A stretch of DNA of 64,000 nucleotides from an uncultured Clostridia bacterium. Its GTDB lineage: Bacteria > Bacillota > Clostridia > TANB77 > CAG-508. A program made the translations under genes and the position numbers. This document shows positions 38,921 through 49,922 of this stretch, piece by piece. Positions within the stretch are counted from its first letter, which is position 1. The number at the start of each line of letters is the position of its first letter. Where the stretch lies: assembly GCA_949948835.1 (NCBI GenBank), contig CATLHF010000003.1, positions 11,459-75,458 of the forward strand, read 5' to 3'. The notes under the pieces are model-generated. The model saw nothing but the letters and a program-made list of their open reading frames with translations, searched no databases and had not been told where the DNA came from.

Positions 38921-39500
38921 TCATAATAAAATTGGTTGAATTTGTTCTTTTTCTAACGCACATTCTAATGTTTTTACAATATATTCTGGATCAAATACTA
39001 ATGAACGTGGTTTTGTGATTGGATTATCTTGCCTTAGAGGAACAAAAAAATAATTGTTTCTATTTAATAATTGCCCTATATTTGACGCATTACCACTTAG
39101 CGCATCATTTGTTGATACTGCAATTACTAATGCGTTGTTGTTTCTTAAATGTGATTTTGCAGCCATAGTAACAGGCGTATCTGTTATTCCATTTACAAGT
39201 TTTGCAATGGTATTTCCTGTACATGGTGCAATTATCATAATATCCGTCATTTTTTTAGGTCCGAATTGGTTCTGCGTCTGGAATTGTATGAATAATTTTT
39301 TTTCCTGTAATTTCTTCGATTTCATCTATAAAATCCTGTGCTTTTCCGAATTTTGTATCTAAGTTATATGCATTAAATGACATGATTGGCACAACTTCTG
39401 CTCCCTGGTTTACGATTTCTTTTATTTTAGGAATTGTGCTTTTAAATGTACAAAAAGAACCAGTCATAGCAAAACCGACCTTTTTACCTTCTAATTTCAA
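38921..39500 (-). CDS. dpaB: Dipicolinate synthase subunit B (flavoprotein family; needs a +1 shift at CGG-A)
   Basis: MKLEGKKVGFAMTGSFCTF...IPDAEPI, then [C]GGA, then GPKKMTDIMIIAPCTGNTIAKL..GITD. The zero frame stops 2 codons after the CGG. Confidence 0.8.
39260..39263 (-). other. Zero-frame CGG-A frame-break site 5 (dpaB)
   Basis: On the minus strand: cca att CGG Acc taa in the zero frame. att [c] GGA cct aaa aaa atg gives EPI-G-PKKM. Confidence 0.8.
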
Positions 39501-39577
39501 AATATATAGCCTCCTTCCTTTGTTATCTTTATATATATTATGAAATTATGTAAATTTTGCCACCTGGTTCTAATTAA

Positions 39578-40117
39578 TTATATCTTATTTAATTGAAACT
39601 TGTTCATCATTTCTTTTGTTGCAAATCCGTTTGGTTTTGCAACCTTATCTAAAAATACAATTCCATCTAAATGGTCACATTCATGTTGAATATCTCTTGC
39701 TGTAAATCCTTTTACTTGTTTTACAATTTTCTCTCCCATTTGATTATAATAAGTTACTTCAATGTTTGTATATCTTTCTACTTTTCCTCGCATAGAAGGT
39801 ACACTTAAACATCCTTCATATGCAATGTCTGTTTCATCTGATAGTGGTTTCCAAGTTGGATTTAGCATCACTGTTGTCGGAACATCTTCTGCGTCTTTAT
39901 AGGTACATTTTTCTTTATTTACTTGAATAATAACGATTCTTTTGATAATTCCTACCTGTGGACCTGCAATTCCAAAACCTTCTGTAAAATTTAGGGTTTC
40001 CTTTAAATTTTCAATATCTTCTAATACTTCGTCGCTAATATTTTCTATATCAATTTTCTCACATTTTACAAATAAAACAGGATCTCCAATTTCTCTTATT
40101 TTTAATACCTTTGCCAT
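39578..40117 (-). CDS. def: Peptide deformylase
   Basis: GIAGPQVG, EGCLSVP and HECDHLDG motifs. Confidence 0.93.
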   Translation of the reverse strand: MAKVLKIREIGDPVLFVKCEKIDIENISDEVLEDIENLKETLNFTEGFGIAGPQVGIIKRIVIIQVNKEKCTYKDAEDVPTTVMLNPTWKPLSDETDIAYEGCLSVPSMRGKVERYTNIEVTYYNQMGEKIVKQVKGFTARDIQHECDHLDGIVFLDKVAKPNGFATKEMMNKFQLNKI

Positions 40118-40129
40118 ATAATACCTCCA

Positions 40130-40987
40130 TTATATCTTAATTAATAAAATACTAATTATAATTAAGATTGCTGCAATAATTTTTCTTACTAAGTTGTCTT
40201 TTTCGTTTAAGAATAAATAGCCTACAATTACATTTGTCATTACAGTCAATGCACAAAGTGGTGCAATTACCGTTACATTTCCTAATTGATAAGCCCTTAG
40301 TTGCATAATAATAGAAAGTCCCCAAGAAATAGCTGTTATAAAAATTGCTTTTTTATTTCCGTTTACAAATTCATTTTTAATTTCAGATGGTTTAATTCTT
40401 TCAAAAATCATAATTAGAAGCGCTGGTATCATTAATGTTAGTGCTACATAGAATGGTAAATTAAAATTGTCTGAAATGTTGACATCAAGGAATAGTGCTA
40501 CGGTATAGGAAATGTTTCCTAGTATTCCTAATAAAACATATTTATTAAACTCAAATTTTCCTTTTTTGTAAAATATAATAACATTGCTAAATATAATTAA
40601 CATTGCACCAATAAATTTTGTTAAGACAAATTCTTCTTTAAAGAAAATTAGTCCTGCAAATATCATAAATGTAGTTGATAATTGTTTTAACATACTAAAA
40701 GTAGAAGCTTCTATTCCGCTTCTTACTGTTGTATTTACCCTATCGGTTATTGCATAAAACACAATTGATATAGCAAGCATAATATAAACGCTTATATCTG
40801 TTGGAAATTTAAATCCAAACAAAGGACATAAAAGTAATGCTACTAATCCTGCTGTCATTTGTAATAGTATTGTTAGTGCTCCTGCCTTTTTTAATGTTTT
40901 TGTTGCGACCTTAAAGAATTGTGTAAATATAGTTGCAAAAATTAGATATGCAATTACATATATTAACCAATTATTCATTATTTCCAT
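40130..40987 (-). CDS. EamA/DMT-family transporter
   Basis: 285 aa, 10 hydrophobic helices in a two-repeat arrangement. Confidence 0.6.
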   Translation of the reverse strand: MEIMNNWLIYVIAYLIFATIFTQFFKVATKTLKKAGALTILLQMTAGLVALLLCPLFGFKFPTDISVYIMLAISIVFYAITDRVNTTVRSGIEASTFSMLKQLSTTFMIFAGLIFFKEEFVLTKFIGAMLIIFSNVIIFYKKGKFEFNKYVLLGILGNISYTVALFLDVNISDNFNLPFYVALTLMIPALLIMIFERIKPSEIKNEFVNGNKKAIFITAISWGLSIIMQLRAYQLGNVTVIAPLCALTVMTNVIVGYLFLNEKDNLVRKIIAAILIIISILLIKI

Positions 40988-41005
40988 ATCAAATATCTCC
41001 TATCT

Positions 41006-41533
41006 TTAAAATAAATAATCCAATAGTGCTTTATAGAATTCAGGTCTTTTTATTGTATTGTTACTTTCTGTCATACTTTTAAAATCTTCTTTTGTTACTA
41101 ATTTTGCATCTGCTACTTCACTTTCTTGCAAAAGAATACTATCTATCATAAGTTCTTTTACTTTTACAACATAACAGTCGAAAAATTGCTTATCTGTATA
41201 ATCTTCGCTTACATAGCTTTCTTTTTTATAAGTAAGAACATAGTTTAAATCATCTTCTTTTATTTGAATACCCACTTCTTCATTGCATTCTCTTATGGCA
41301 GCTTCTAGAGATGTTTGCCCAGCAGACACATGTCCTGCAGCCGATATATCCCATTTACCTGGATTTGTTTCTACTTTGAAAGAACGTTGTTGCATTAAAA
41401 TTCGGTTATTTTCATCTATAATTGCAATTGCAATAATTTTATGCCATAATCCTTGCTTATGTACTTCCTTTCTCGTTAAAACCTCTCCTGTCTTTACCCC
41501 ATTTTCATCTAAAACATCTATCATTTCTTCCAT
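41006..41533 (-). CDS. NUDIX hydrolase
   Basis: Nudix box GHVSAGQTSLEAAIRECNEEVGI. Confidence 0.8.
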   Translation of the reverse strand: MEEMIDVLDENGVKTGEVLTRKEVHKQGLWHKIIAIAIIDENNRILMQQRSFKVETNPGKWDISAAGHVSAGQTSLEAAIRECNEEVGIQIKEDDLNYVLTYKKESYVSEDYTDKQFFDCYVVKVKELMIDSILLQESEVADAKLVTKEDFKSMTESNNTIKRPEFYKALLDYLF

Positions 41534-41719
41534 ACAGTTTCTATCTCTCCTTTTCTCATTTCTGTTTCGATTATAGCATTTATTTTGTTAACTTACAATA
41601 ATTACTGTGAATTTGTGATAAGAATATTTCTTTCCATATAAAAAGCAAAATAAATCTGTACTTTTTTAGAAAATCGTGTTAGAATAGATATAAATTTGTA
41701 TATTTAGGAGGAAAAAATA

Positions 41720-43258
41720 GTGAAAGCAAATGAAACGATTTTAATACTTGACTTTTTTGGTCAATATAATCAATTAATTGCAAGACGTGTTAGAGAATGT
41801 AGTGTGTATTCAGAAATTGTACCTTATGATATTTCAGTTGAAAAAATTAAAGAAAAAAATCCAAAAGGAATTATTTTTACAGGTGGTCCATCTAGTGTAT
41901 ATGTTGAAGATGCTAAAATGTGTGACCCTAAAATTTTCGAGCTTGGGATTCCTATTTTAGGAATTTGTTATGGTATGCAACTTATGACTCATGTTATGGG
42001 AGGAACTGTTACAAGAGCTGATAAACGTGAATATGGCGTTGTTCCAGTAGAAATCGATAATTCATCTTTATTGTTTGATGGATTTGGAGATGTAAATGAT
42101 TGCTTAATGAGCCATACTGATTTCGTATCTACCGTTCCAGAGGGATTTAAAGTAATTGGAAAAACAGCTACTTGCCCTACTGCTGCTATGGAAAATGCAG
42201 ACAAGAAATTCTATGCAATTCAATTCCATCCAGAAGTTAACAATACTGTAAATGGAACAAATATTATTAAAAACTTTTTATTTCATGTTTGTGGATGCTC
42301 TGGAGATTGGAGAATGTCTTCTTTCGTAGAAGAAACTGTTAAAGCTTTAAAAGAAAAAATTGGTGATAAAAAAGCACTATGTGCCCTATCTGGTGGTGTA
42401 GATTCTTCTGTTGCTGCTGTACTTGTTCACAAGGCAATTGGAAAGAATTTAACATGTATCTTTGTTGACCATGGACTTCTTCGTAAAAACGAAGGCGATG
42501 AAGTTGAAGAAATCTTTAGAAATCAATTTGATATTAACCTAGTTCGTGTAAATGCAAAAGACCGTTTCTTAGAAAAACTTGCAGGTGTTACCGATCCAGA
42601 AACAAAAAGAAAAATTATTGGTGAAGAATTTATTCGTGTATTTGAAGAAGAAGCTAAAAAGATTGGAACTGTTGATTATTTGGTACAAGGAACTATCTAT
42701 CCAGATGTTATAGAAAGTGGTTTAGGAAAAGGAACTACCATTAAGAGTCATCATAATGTTGGAGGACTTCCTGACTATGTTGATTTTAAAGAAATAGTTG
42801 AACCATTAAGAGATTTATTTAAGGATGAAGTTCGTAAGACTGGTTTAGAATTAGACATTCCAGAAAACCTAGTATATCGTCAACCATTCCCTGGACCAGG
42901 ACTTGCTATTCGTGTCATTGGAGATATTACAGACGACAAATTAAATATCTTAAAAGATGCTGACGCTATTTTTAGAGAAGAAATAAAATTAGCAGGTTTA
43001 GATAAAGAAATTAACCAATATTTTGCTGTTTTAACGAACTTAAGAAGTGTCGGTGTTATGGGTGATGATAGAACTTACGATTATACAATCGCTCTTCGCG
43101 CTGTTACAACATCAGATTTTATGACAGCTGTTTGGAGTAAAATTCCTTACGAAATTTTAGAAAAAGTATCTAGCCGAATTGTAAATGAAGTAAATCACGT
43201 TAATCGTGTGGTTTATGATATTACAGGAAAACCACCTGCAACAATTGAATGGGAATAA
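41720..43258 (+). CDS. guaA: GMP synthase (glutamine-hydrolysing)
   Basis: GTG start after AGGAGG. It has the GATase domain (GICYGMQ, HPE), the PP-loop SGGVDSSV and the C-terminal IEWE. Confidence 0.96.
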   Translation: MKANETILILDFFGQYNQLIARRVRECSVYSEIVPYDISVEKIKEKNPKGIIFTGGPSSVYVEDAKMCDPKIFELGIPILGICYGMQLMTHVMGGTVTRADKREYGVVPVEIDNSSLLFDGFGDVNDCLMSHTDFVSTVPEGFKVIGKTATCPTAAMENADKKFYAIQFHPEVNNTVNGTNIIKNFLFHVCGCSGDWRMSSFVEETVKALKEKIGDKKALCALSGGVDSSVAAVLVHKAIGKNLTCIFVDHGLLRKNEGDEVEEIFRNQFDINLVRVNAKDRFLEKLAGVTDPETKRKIIGEEFIRVFEEEAKKIGTVDYLVQGTIYPDVIESGLGKGTTIKSHHNVGGLPDYVDFKEIVEPLRDLFKDEVRKTGLELDIPENLVYRQPFPGPGLAIRVIGDITDDKLNILKDADAIFREEIKLAGLDKEINQYFAVLTNLRSVGVMGDDRTYDYTIALRAVTTSDFMTAVWSKIPYEILEKVSSRIVNEVNHVNRVVYDITGKPPATIEWE

Positions 43259-43280
43259 TATATAAAAAGAATGCCCTCGC

Positions 43281-43451
43281 TTAATTGCGAGAGCATTCTT
43301 TTTGGTACATCTGGGTAATTTCACTTTCTAATCTTTTTGTTTCAAAAGGCGAAATTCCCTTTTTTCGAAGATGCTTTTCAATTTCAAATGGTTGGATTGT
43401 TCCAGCTTTTAAATCACATAAAATTGAACGTATTACTTGTTGTTCTAACAT
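43281..43451 (-). CDS. Hypothetical small protein (56 aa)
   Basis: AAAGGAG RBS 7 nt before ATG 43451. It reads MLEQQVIRSILCDLKAGTIQPFEIEKHLRKKGISPFETKRLESEITQMYQKECSRN. Its 3' end overlaps the guaA terminator hairpin. The plus-strand ORF 43285..43527 is its shadow. Confidence 0.45.
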   Translation of the reverse strand: MLEQQVIRSILCDLKAGTIQPFEIEKHLRKKGISPFETKRLESEITQMYQKECSRN

Positions 43452-43595
43452 GATGTTCTCCTTTTTAAAAAACTTTCACTTTTCTTTCTGCTTCACTAAT
43501 CCTACCTTAGTTTTACTGCATCTATAATACCATATTTCGACATATCTTGCAACATAAAAACAAGACTCAAATGAATCTTGTTTTTATTTACTACT

Positions 43596-43976
43596 TTATT
43601 GCTTTCTCGGTTTTCTTTGTAAAATTTCTTCTGGTACTCGGATATTACTTTTTTCTTTTATAATTTTTACGTTTTTTATAAATTGAGAATCAATTGATCC
43701 TGGATATGTTTCTATTATAACTGTATTATATCCTAGATATACTATTACTTCCTGCCCTTCTTTAAATTGTAAATTAACGTTTTCTGGTAAACCAATGTAT
43801 AATGGACTTTCATCTTTTACATCCATGATAAGTACATTTTTTTCATTACTTTTTATAACAACACCTCGTATTGTTAATCTGCTTCTGATAAATACATATC
43901 CCAATATAAAAATTATTAAAAGCATGACAATGGTAATTAAAATCTTTACAGATAATTTCATTTTTTTCTTTCCCAT
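43596..43976 (-). CDS. Hypothetical membrane-anchored protein
   Basis: 126 aa with an N-terminal TM. No family assigned with confidence. Confidence 0.45.
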   Translation of the reverse strand: MGKKKMKLSVKILITIVMLLIIFILGYVFIRSRLTIRGVVIKSNEKNVLIMDVKDESPLYIGLPENVNLQFKEGQEVIVYLGYNTVIIETYPGSIDSQFIKNVKIIKEKSNIRVPEEILQRKPRKQ

Positions 43977-43999
43977 ATAAAATTTACCAAGTCTTTCTT

Positions 44000-45508
44000 C
44001 TATTTATAACTCTTATCTACTTCTTTAAGCATAACATCATGTGCACTACCTTCTGCTATACTTACTTCTGAAACAAGTGTTAATCTTGCTTTTTTATGTA
44101 GTTCTGGGATAGTTGTTGCTCCACAGTTACACATAGTTGATTTGATTTTAGAAACAGTTACAGCTAAGTTATCTTTTAGAGAACCTGCATATGGAATATA
44201 TGAATCGACACCTTCTTCAAAAGAAAGTTTGTTTTTATCTCCACCAAGGTCATATCTTTGCCAGTTTCTTGCTCTATTTGAACCTTCTCCCCAGTATTCT
44301 TTTACATAACTATTTCCTACTTTTAATACTCTTGTTGGACTTTCATCAAAACGGGCAAAATATCTTCCCATCATTACAAAATCTGCACCAAGTGCTAGCG
44401 CAATTGTGATATGGTGGTCATGTACAATACCTCCATCTGAACAAATTGGAATATACACACCTGTTTCTTCAAAATACTCATCACGAGCTGCTACTACATC
44501 AATTAAAGCACTTGCTTGTCCACGTCCAATTCCTTTTGTCTCACGAGTGATACAAATAGAACCTCCACCAACACCAACTTTAATAAAGTCAGCACCAGCT
44601 TCTGCAAGATATCTAAATCCTTCTTTATCTACAACATTTCCAGCACCAATTTTTACACTATCACCATATTTTTCTCTAACAAAATCAATTGTTCTTTTTT
44701 GCCATACAGAATATCCATCAGAAGAATCCATACAAACCATATCTACTCCAGCTTCTACAAGTGCTGGAATTCTTTGTTCATAATCTCTTGTATTAATACC
44801 TGCACCAACAATATAACGTTTGTTTTCATCTAATAAAGAGTTTGGATTATTTTTTCTTTCTTCATAATCTCTTCTAAATACTAAATATTTTAAGTTTCCT
44901 TCTTCTGTTAAAATTGGTAAACAGTTAATTTTATTTTCCCAAATAATATCATTTGCTTCTGCTAAAGTAATGCCCTTTTTAGCACAAATGGTATCTTCTG
45001 CTTTTGTCATAAATTCATCAATTGGAGCATCTTGGTTATCTCTTGTAATACGATAATCTTTATCGGTTACAATTCCTAAGAATTTTCCATTTGCAGTTCC
45101 ATCGTCTGTTACCATAACAGTAGAATGCCCTGTTTTTTCTACTAGTTCTATCACTTCTCTTAATGTTGTTCCACTTTTTACGTTAGAATCGCTAATAACA
45201 AATCCTGCTTTATGTTTTTTTACATGATATACCATTTCTGCTTGTGATTCGATTGATTGTGCTCCATAAATAAAAGCAACTCCACCTTCTCTTGCAAGAG
45301 CGATTCCCATTTCTTCTCCAGAAACCGATTGCATAATTGCAGAAACCATTGGTACGTTTGCAGAGTATTTTGGCTCTTCTCCCTTTTTAAATTTTACAAG
45401 TGGTGTTTTTAATGATACGTTATTTGGTATACATTCTTCTGTTGTTAAATTTGGTAATAATAAAAATTCGTTAAATGTTCTTGAAATATCTTCTAAAATC
45501 TTTGCCAT
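44000..45508 (-). CDS. guaB: IMP dehydrogenase
   Basis: [19 protein letters not shown]..., CBS pair, [10 protein letters not shown]..., [11 protein letters not shown]. The start is placed at ATG 45508 after GGGGGA. Confidence 0.95.
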   Translation of the reverse strand: MAKILEDISRTFNEFLLLPNLTTEECIPNNVSLKTPLVKFKKGEEPKYSANVPMVSAIMQSVSGEEMGIALAREGGVAFIYGAQSIESQAEMVYHVKKHKAGFVISDSNVKSGTTLREVIELVEKTGHSTVMVTDDGTANGKFLGIVTDKDYRITRDNQDAPIDEFMTKAEDTICAKKGITLAEANDIIWENKINCLPILTEEGNLKYLVFRRDYEERKNNPNSLLDENKRYIVGAGINTRDYEQRIPALVEAGVDMVCMDSSDGYSVWQKRTIDFVREKYGDSVKIGAGNVVDKEGFRYLAEAGADFIKVGVGGGSICITRETKGIGRGQASALIDVVAARDEYFEETGVYIPICSDGGIVHDHHITIALALGADFVMMGRYFARFDESPTRVLKVGNSYVKEYWGEGSNRARNWQRYDLGGDKNKLSFEEGVDSYIPYAGSLKDNLAVTVSKIKSTMCNCGATTIPELHKKARLTLVSEVSIAEGSAHDVMLKEVDKSYK

Positions 45509-45641
45509 ATTTAATTTCCCCCTAATAAATAAAATATATAAATGAATGAAGCAAAACTGCTTCATTCTTTTTAGTCATTTCTTATTGTTTGTCATATTTA
45601 ATATTATACTATAGTTTTTTCTTTATGTAAACATTTTTGGA

Positions 45642-46838
45642 TTATTTTGCTAATTTTTCTGTTTCTTTTGCAATCATTAATTCTTCGTTTGTTGGAATAA
45701 CATATACCCTTACTTTGGAAGAATCTTTTGAAATTAATTTTTCTTCACTTCTTATGTTGTTTCTATCTTCATCTAATTCAACACCCATAAACCCTAATCT
45801 CTCGCATATTCCTTTACGAATATTGATTTGGTTTTCTCCAACTCCCCCTGTAAAGATAATCGCATCTACTCCGTTCATTGCTACTGCATATTTTGCAATA
45901 AATCCTGCAACCGAATATTTGAAGTTATTCATCGCAATGAAAGCCCTTTTGTTTCCTTCTACAGATTCATTTTCGATTACTCTGAAATCTGGTGCAAGAC
46001 CAGAAATTCCTTGCACCCCTGAAGCTTTATTTAATAAATTTTCTACTTCTTCTGCTGTTTTATTTTCTTTTTTCATAATAAATGTTACAACAGATGGGTC
46101 AATATCTCCACTTCTTGTTACCATTGGAACTCCTGCAAGTGGTGTAAGCCCCATACTGGTATCTACACTCTTGCCACCTTCAATGGCACAAACACTAGAA
46201 CCTTGTCCTAGATGACATGTAATAATTTTTAGGCCTTCTATTGGTTTGTTTTCAATTTCAGCCAATCTTTTTGAAACATACATATGAGAGGTTCCATGGA
46301 ATCCATATTTTCTTACTCCATATTTTTCATAATATTCATATGGAATTGGGTATAAATATCTTTCTTCTGGAATAGTTTGGTGGAATGCTGTGTCAAATAC
46401 ACCAACCATTGGTTTTCCTGGCATTACTTTTTTGCAAGCTTCAATTCCTATAATTCCTGCTGGGTTATGAAGTGGTGCTAAATCCGTACACTCTTTTAAT
46501 ACCTCAACGACATGGTCATCAATAACAACAGATTCTGCTATTTTTTCTCCACCATGAACTAAACGATGTCCAATAGCTTCAATTTCATCTAAAGTATCGA
46601 TTACTTTATATTCTGGGTTAATTAATTGTTTTAAGGTAAAATCAACTGCTTCTTCATGGTTTTTAGCAGGATGGGTAATTTCTATTTTTTGTCCGTTTAC
46701 TTTGTGTGTAATAAATGCTTCATCTTCCCCTATCCTTTCATATTTTCCAGATGCTAATACGTCTTCTGTTTCCATATCAATTAATTGATATTTTAAAGAA
46801 GAACTTCCACAGTTTAATACTAAAATTTTCATTTTCAA
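45642..46838 (-). CDS. ackA: Acetate kinase
   Basis: KILVLNCGSSSLKYQL, HRLVHGG, FDTAFHQT and FTGGVGEN motifs. Confidence 0.96.
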   Translation of the reverse strand: MKMKILVLNCGSSSLKYQLIDMETEDVLASGKYERIGEDEAFITHKVNGQKIEITHPAKNHEEAVDFTLKQLINPEYKVIDTLDEIEAIGHRLVHGGEKIAESVVIDDHVVEVLKECTDLAPLHNPAGIIGIEACKKVMPGKPMVGVFDTAFHQTIPEERYLYPIPYEYYEKYGVRKYGFHGTSHMYVSKRLAEIENKPIEGLKIITCHLGQGSSVCAIEGGKSVDTSMGLTPLAGVPMVTRSGDIDPSVVTFIMKKENKTAEEVENLLNKASGVQGISGLAPDFRVIENESVEGNKRAFIAMNNFKYSVAGFIAKYAVAMNGVDAIIFTGGVGENQINIRKGICERLGFMGVELDEDRNNIRSEEKLISKDSSKVRVYVIPTNEELMIAKETEKLAK

Positions 46839-46917
46839 ACCTCCTAAATTTGTAACAAAATATTTTTTAGAATTATATCATAGAGCATTTTAAAAGTCTA
46901 GCAAAAATGATATTTTC

Positions 46918-47916
46918 TTACATCATTTGAGCTTGCACAGCAGTAATGGCAACTACGCCCACAATGTCTTGTGCACTACATCCTCTTGATAAATCATTTA
47001 CTGGTTTTGCGATTCCTTGGCAAAGCGGTCCATATGCTTCTGCTTTTGCAAGCCTTTGGGTTAATTTGTAACCAATATTTCCTGCATCTAAATTTGGGAA
47101 AATTAGAGTATTGGCACTTCCTGCAACACTACTTCCAGGTGCTTTACTTTTTGCAACTTCTGGAATAATGGCTGCATCTAGTTGTAATTCACCATCTACT
47201 AGTATTTCTGGCATTTTTTGTTTTACAAGGTTGGTTGCTTCTACTACTTTTTCAGTAGAATCGGACTTTGCACTTCCATAAGTTGAAAAAGATAACATAC
47301 CAACACGTGGTGTTTTTCCTGTTAATTGTTCAAAACTTTTAGCAGAAGATATCGCAATTTCTGATAATTCTTCAGCATTTGGATTTGGATTTAGTCCACA
47401 ATCTGAAAATATAAACGTCCCCTTTTCTCCATATATACAATTTGGTACAACCATTAGAAAAAAGGCAGAAACCAGTTTTGTATTTGGTGCTGTTTTTAAA
47501 ATTTGAAGAGCAGGTCTTAGGGTATCTGCTGTTGAATGAATTGCTCCAGAAACAAGACCATCACAATCCCCTTGTTTTACCATCATCATTCCAAAATAAA
47601 CAGAATCTTTTAAGGTCGCTTTTGCTTTATTTAAATCAATTCCTTTTAATTTTCGAAGCTCATAAAAAGCATTTACATACTCTTCATACTTAGGAGAAGT
47701 AACTGGATTTATGATCTCTAGACCAGTAATATTATAATCATTTTCATTCGCTACTTTTCGAATTTCTTCTTCATTTCCTAATAATACAACATGTGCAAAT
47801 CCTTCTTTTTCAATGGTAACAGCTGCTTCAATCACTCTAACATCTGTTGCCTCTGGCAGAGCAATCGTCTTTTTTGAAACACTTGCTTTCTTCTTCATTT
47901 CTTCAATAAAAGTCAT
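46918..47916 (-). CDS. pta: Phosphate acetyltransferase
   Basis: Short-form Pta of 332 aa with KTIALPEATD, GLVSGA.HSTADT and DLSRGCS motifs. Confidence 0.93.
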   Translation of the reverse strand: MTFIEEMKKKASVSKKTIALPEATDVRVIEAAVTIEKEGFAHVVLLGNEEEIRKVANENDYNITGLEIINPVTSPKYEEYVNAFYELRKLKGIDLNKAKATLKDSVYFGMMMVKQGDCDGLVSGAIHSTADTLRPALQILKTAPNTKLVSAFFLMVVPNCIYGEKGTFIFSDCGLNPNPNAEELSEIAISSAKSFEQLTGKTPRVGMLSFSTYGSAKSDSTEKVVEATNLVKQKMPEILVDGELQLDAAIIPEVAKSKAPGSSVAGSANTLIFPNLDAGNIGYKLTQRLAKAEAYGPLCQGIAKPVNDLSRGCSAQDIVGVVAITAVQAQMM

Positions 47917-48064
47917 ATTTTTTCCTCCATTTTTATGATAAAACTATTATATCGATAAAGTAAAAAAATCACAATAGTTTTTTAGAGTTTTAGAGATAAT
48001 TTTATATAACAAAAAGAACAATCAAAAAAATAAAGATTGTTCCTTTTGTTTGCATAATTAAATT

Positions 48065-48898
48065 CTAATTTTCTTGGAAATATTCTGGATATTCTTCTTT
48101 CATCCATTCTTGAGCAAGGCAGTAAGCTAACTTCAAATCACTTTCTTCAGGATTTTTCGTTGTTGTAGCAATCTGAAATAATATACTAACCATGAATGTA
48201 AAATGTTCTAGAAGTAAAGCATACAGAAGACCTCTAATTGCTATTATACAAAATAAAAACGTTACTAGCAAAATCTCTATTCTTTCTCCTATAATTAGCA
48301 CAATAAAAGAAAATAACAAATAGGAAAGTGCTTTTAAAATTTCTTTTGCATAATCTTCATAGCTTATTTTATCTTCTTGTGTTCCACAATCTCTATGAAA
48401 TCTTGTTGTTTCTTTTATTTCGTCTATATCCTTTGGTAGCCGTTGTTTTTTTTCCAATATATTTACCGTTTTGTGTTCAGCTGCATGTTTGCTTTTTGTA
48501 GAATATGTACAAGATTTAACAGCTATCCTAAATTCAAATAAACACATTACGCTATAAAATATTAAAGATATCACCGCTATAACAATCGATATAAATAATG
48601 TAAGTTGATTATTACTTAAATTATCAATATTAAAGCATTTCCCAATAATAGATATAACCAGAACTATTATTGGAACTTTTATAGCAATCTTAGCTAATCT
48701 AGGAATGATATTTTTTATTTTTTCATAGATTGTTTCTTTTGGGGCTATCACATTTGATGATATTTCTTTCCACTTTACACTCACATTGCCTGTATCAGTG
48801 GTTGTTCCAATACAGTACCGCCTTGGCTCTTTATTTGAATAAAACACGATTGCATCATCGTTTGATATTGCATCAAACACTTCTATCCGCTTGTCCAT
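48065..48898 (-). CDS. Hypothetical membrane protein (distant DUF1385-like HAAEHK...RDCGT motif)
   Basis: 277 aa with several TM helices. KHAAEHKTV...RFHRDCGT recalls the DUF1385 signature. It contains zero-frame CGG-C (48440) and CGG-U (48818), both read as Arg. Confidence 0.4.
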   Translation of the reverse strand: MDKRIEVFDAISNDDAIVFYSNKEPRRYCIGTTTDTGNVSVKWKEISSNVIAPKETIYEKIKNIIPRLAKIAIKVPIIVLVISIIGKCFNIDNLSNNQLTLFISIVIAVISLIFYSVMCLFEFRIAVKSCTYSTKSKHAAEHKTVNILEKKQRLPKDIDEIKETTRFHRDCGTQEDKISYEDYAKEILKALSYLLFSFIVLIIGERIEILLVTFLFCIIAIRGLLYALLLEHFTFMVSILFQIATTTKNPEESDLKLAYCLAQEWMKEEYPEYFQEN

Positions 48899-49003
48899 AT
48901 ACTTTATCCTCCTATAGTTTTATGTAAATATGATATAACATTTATCAAAATTTGTCAATGTTGCATTTCTTTGATATAATTAGAAACATGTTTGGAGGAA
49001 GTT

Positions 49004-49878
49004 ATGAAACTACAATATAAAGTTACTAATTCAAATTACAAAATGCTTAAACAAGTATTAAAAGAAGAATTTAAAATTTCAGACCGTTTGCTGTTAAAGT
49101 TGAAATCTAATCAAAAGATTTATCAAAATCATCAACTAACAACGATTTATTCTTGTGTACATCTTGATGATTTGATTGAAGTCTTTCTTGATAATGAAGA
49201 AGATTCTTCTAACATTGTACCTGTTAAAATGGATTTGAATATTTTATATGAAGATGATGGTTTATTGATTCTTGATAAGAGTCCAAATCTTCCTGTTCAT
49301 CCTTCTAGAATGCATTATGAAGATAGTTTATCCAATGGTGTTTCTTACTATTTTTGTGAGATTGGATTAAAGAAAAAAATTCGTCCTGTTAATCGATTAG
49401 ATAAAGACACATCACGGAATTGTTGTTTTTGCCAAAAATGAATATATACAAGAATGCTTAGTAAAACAAATGAAAGAACATGTTTTTAAAAAAGAATATA
49501 TTGCAATTGTTGATGGCATATTAGAGAATAAATCTGGTACCATTCATTTGCCAATTGCTAGAAAACCAGGAAGCATTATTGAAAGAGAAGTTTCAACAGG
49601 TGGAGATGATGCTATCACTCATTATCAAGTTTTAAAAGAAAACTCATCCTCGTCTATGGTTCAAGTTCTTCTTGAGACTGGACGCACCCATCAAATTCGC
49701 GTTCATTTTTCACATATTAGTCATCCTATTTTAGGTGATACCTTATATCGGAAGTGCTTCTAGTCTTATTGCAAGACAAGCTCTTCATGCTTATAAAATT
49801 TCTTTTGTTCATCCGATTACCAAACAAAAGATGAGCTTTGTAAGCAAATTACCAGAAGATATGAAATATATTTTATAA
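49004..49878 (+). CDS. RluA-family 23S rRNA/tRNA pseudouridine synthase (needs two +1 shifts at CGG-A)
   Basis: S4-like N-terminus; ...PVNRLDKDTS, then [C]GGA, then GIVVFAKNEY...HQIRVHFSHISHPILGDTLY, then [C]GGA, then GSASSLIARQALHAYKISFVHPIT... through to the stop at 49876-49878. Confidence 0.85.
49415..49418 (+). other. Zero-frame CGG-A frame-break site 6 (pseudouridine synthase, catalytic-Asp motif)
   Basis: aca tca CGG Aat tgt ... tga in the zero frame. tca [c] GGA att gtt gtt ttt gcc gives RLDKDTS-G-IVVFA. Confidence 0.85.
49749..49752 (+). other. Zero-frame CGG-A frame-break site 7 (pseudouridine synthase, GD..YG motif)
   Basis: tta tat CGG Aag tgc ttc tag in the zero frame. tat [c] GGA agt gct tct gives GDTLY-G-SAS. 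Confidence 0.85.
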
Positions 49879-49922
49879 TATAACAAACGAGATAGGTTTA
49901 TTCCTATCTCGTTTCATATAAA

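Noticed and set aside
44406-44833. Plus-strand ORFs inside guaB (44191..44409, 44406..44783, 44516..44833)
   Set aside because: They are antisense shadows of guaB.
45637-46215. 192-aa plus-strand ORF overlapping ackA
   Set aside because: It is an antisense shadow of ackA with a low-complexity Ser/Pro/Phe-rich translation.
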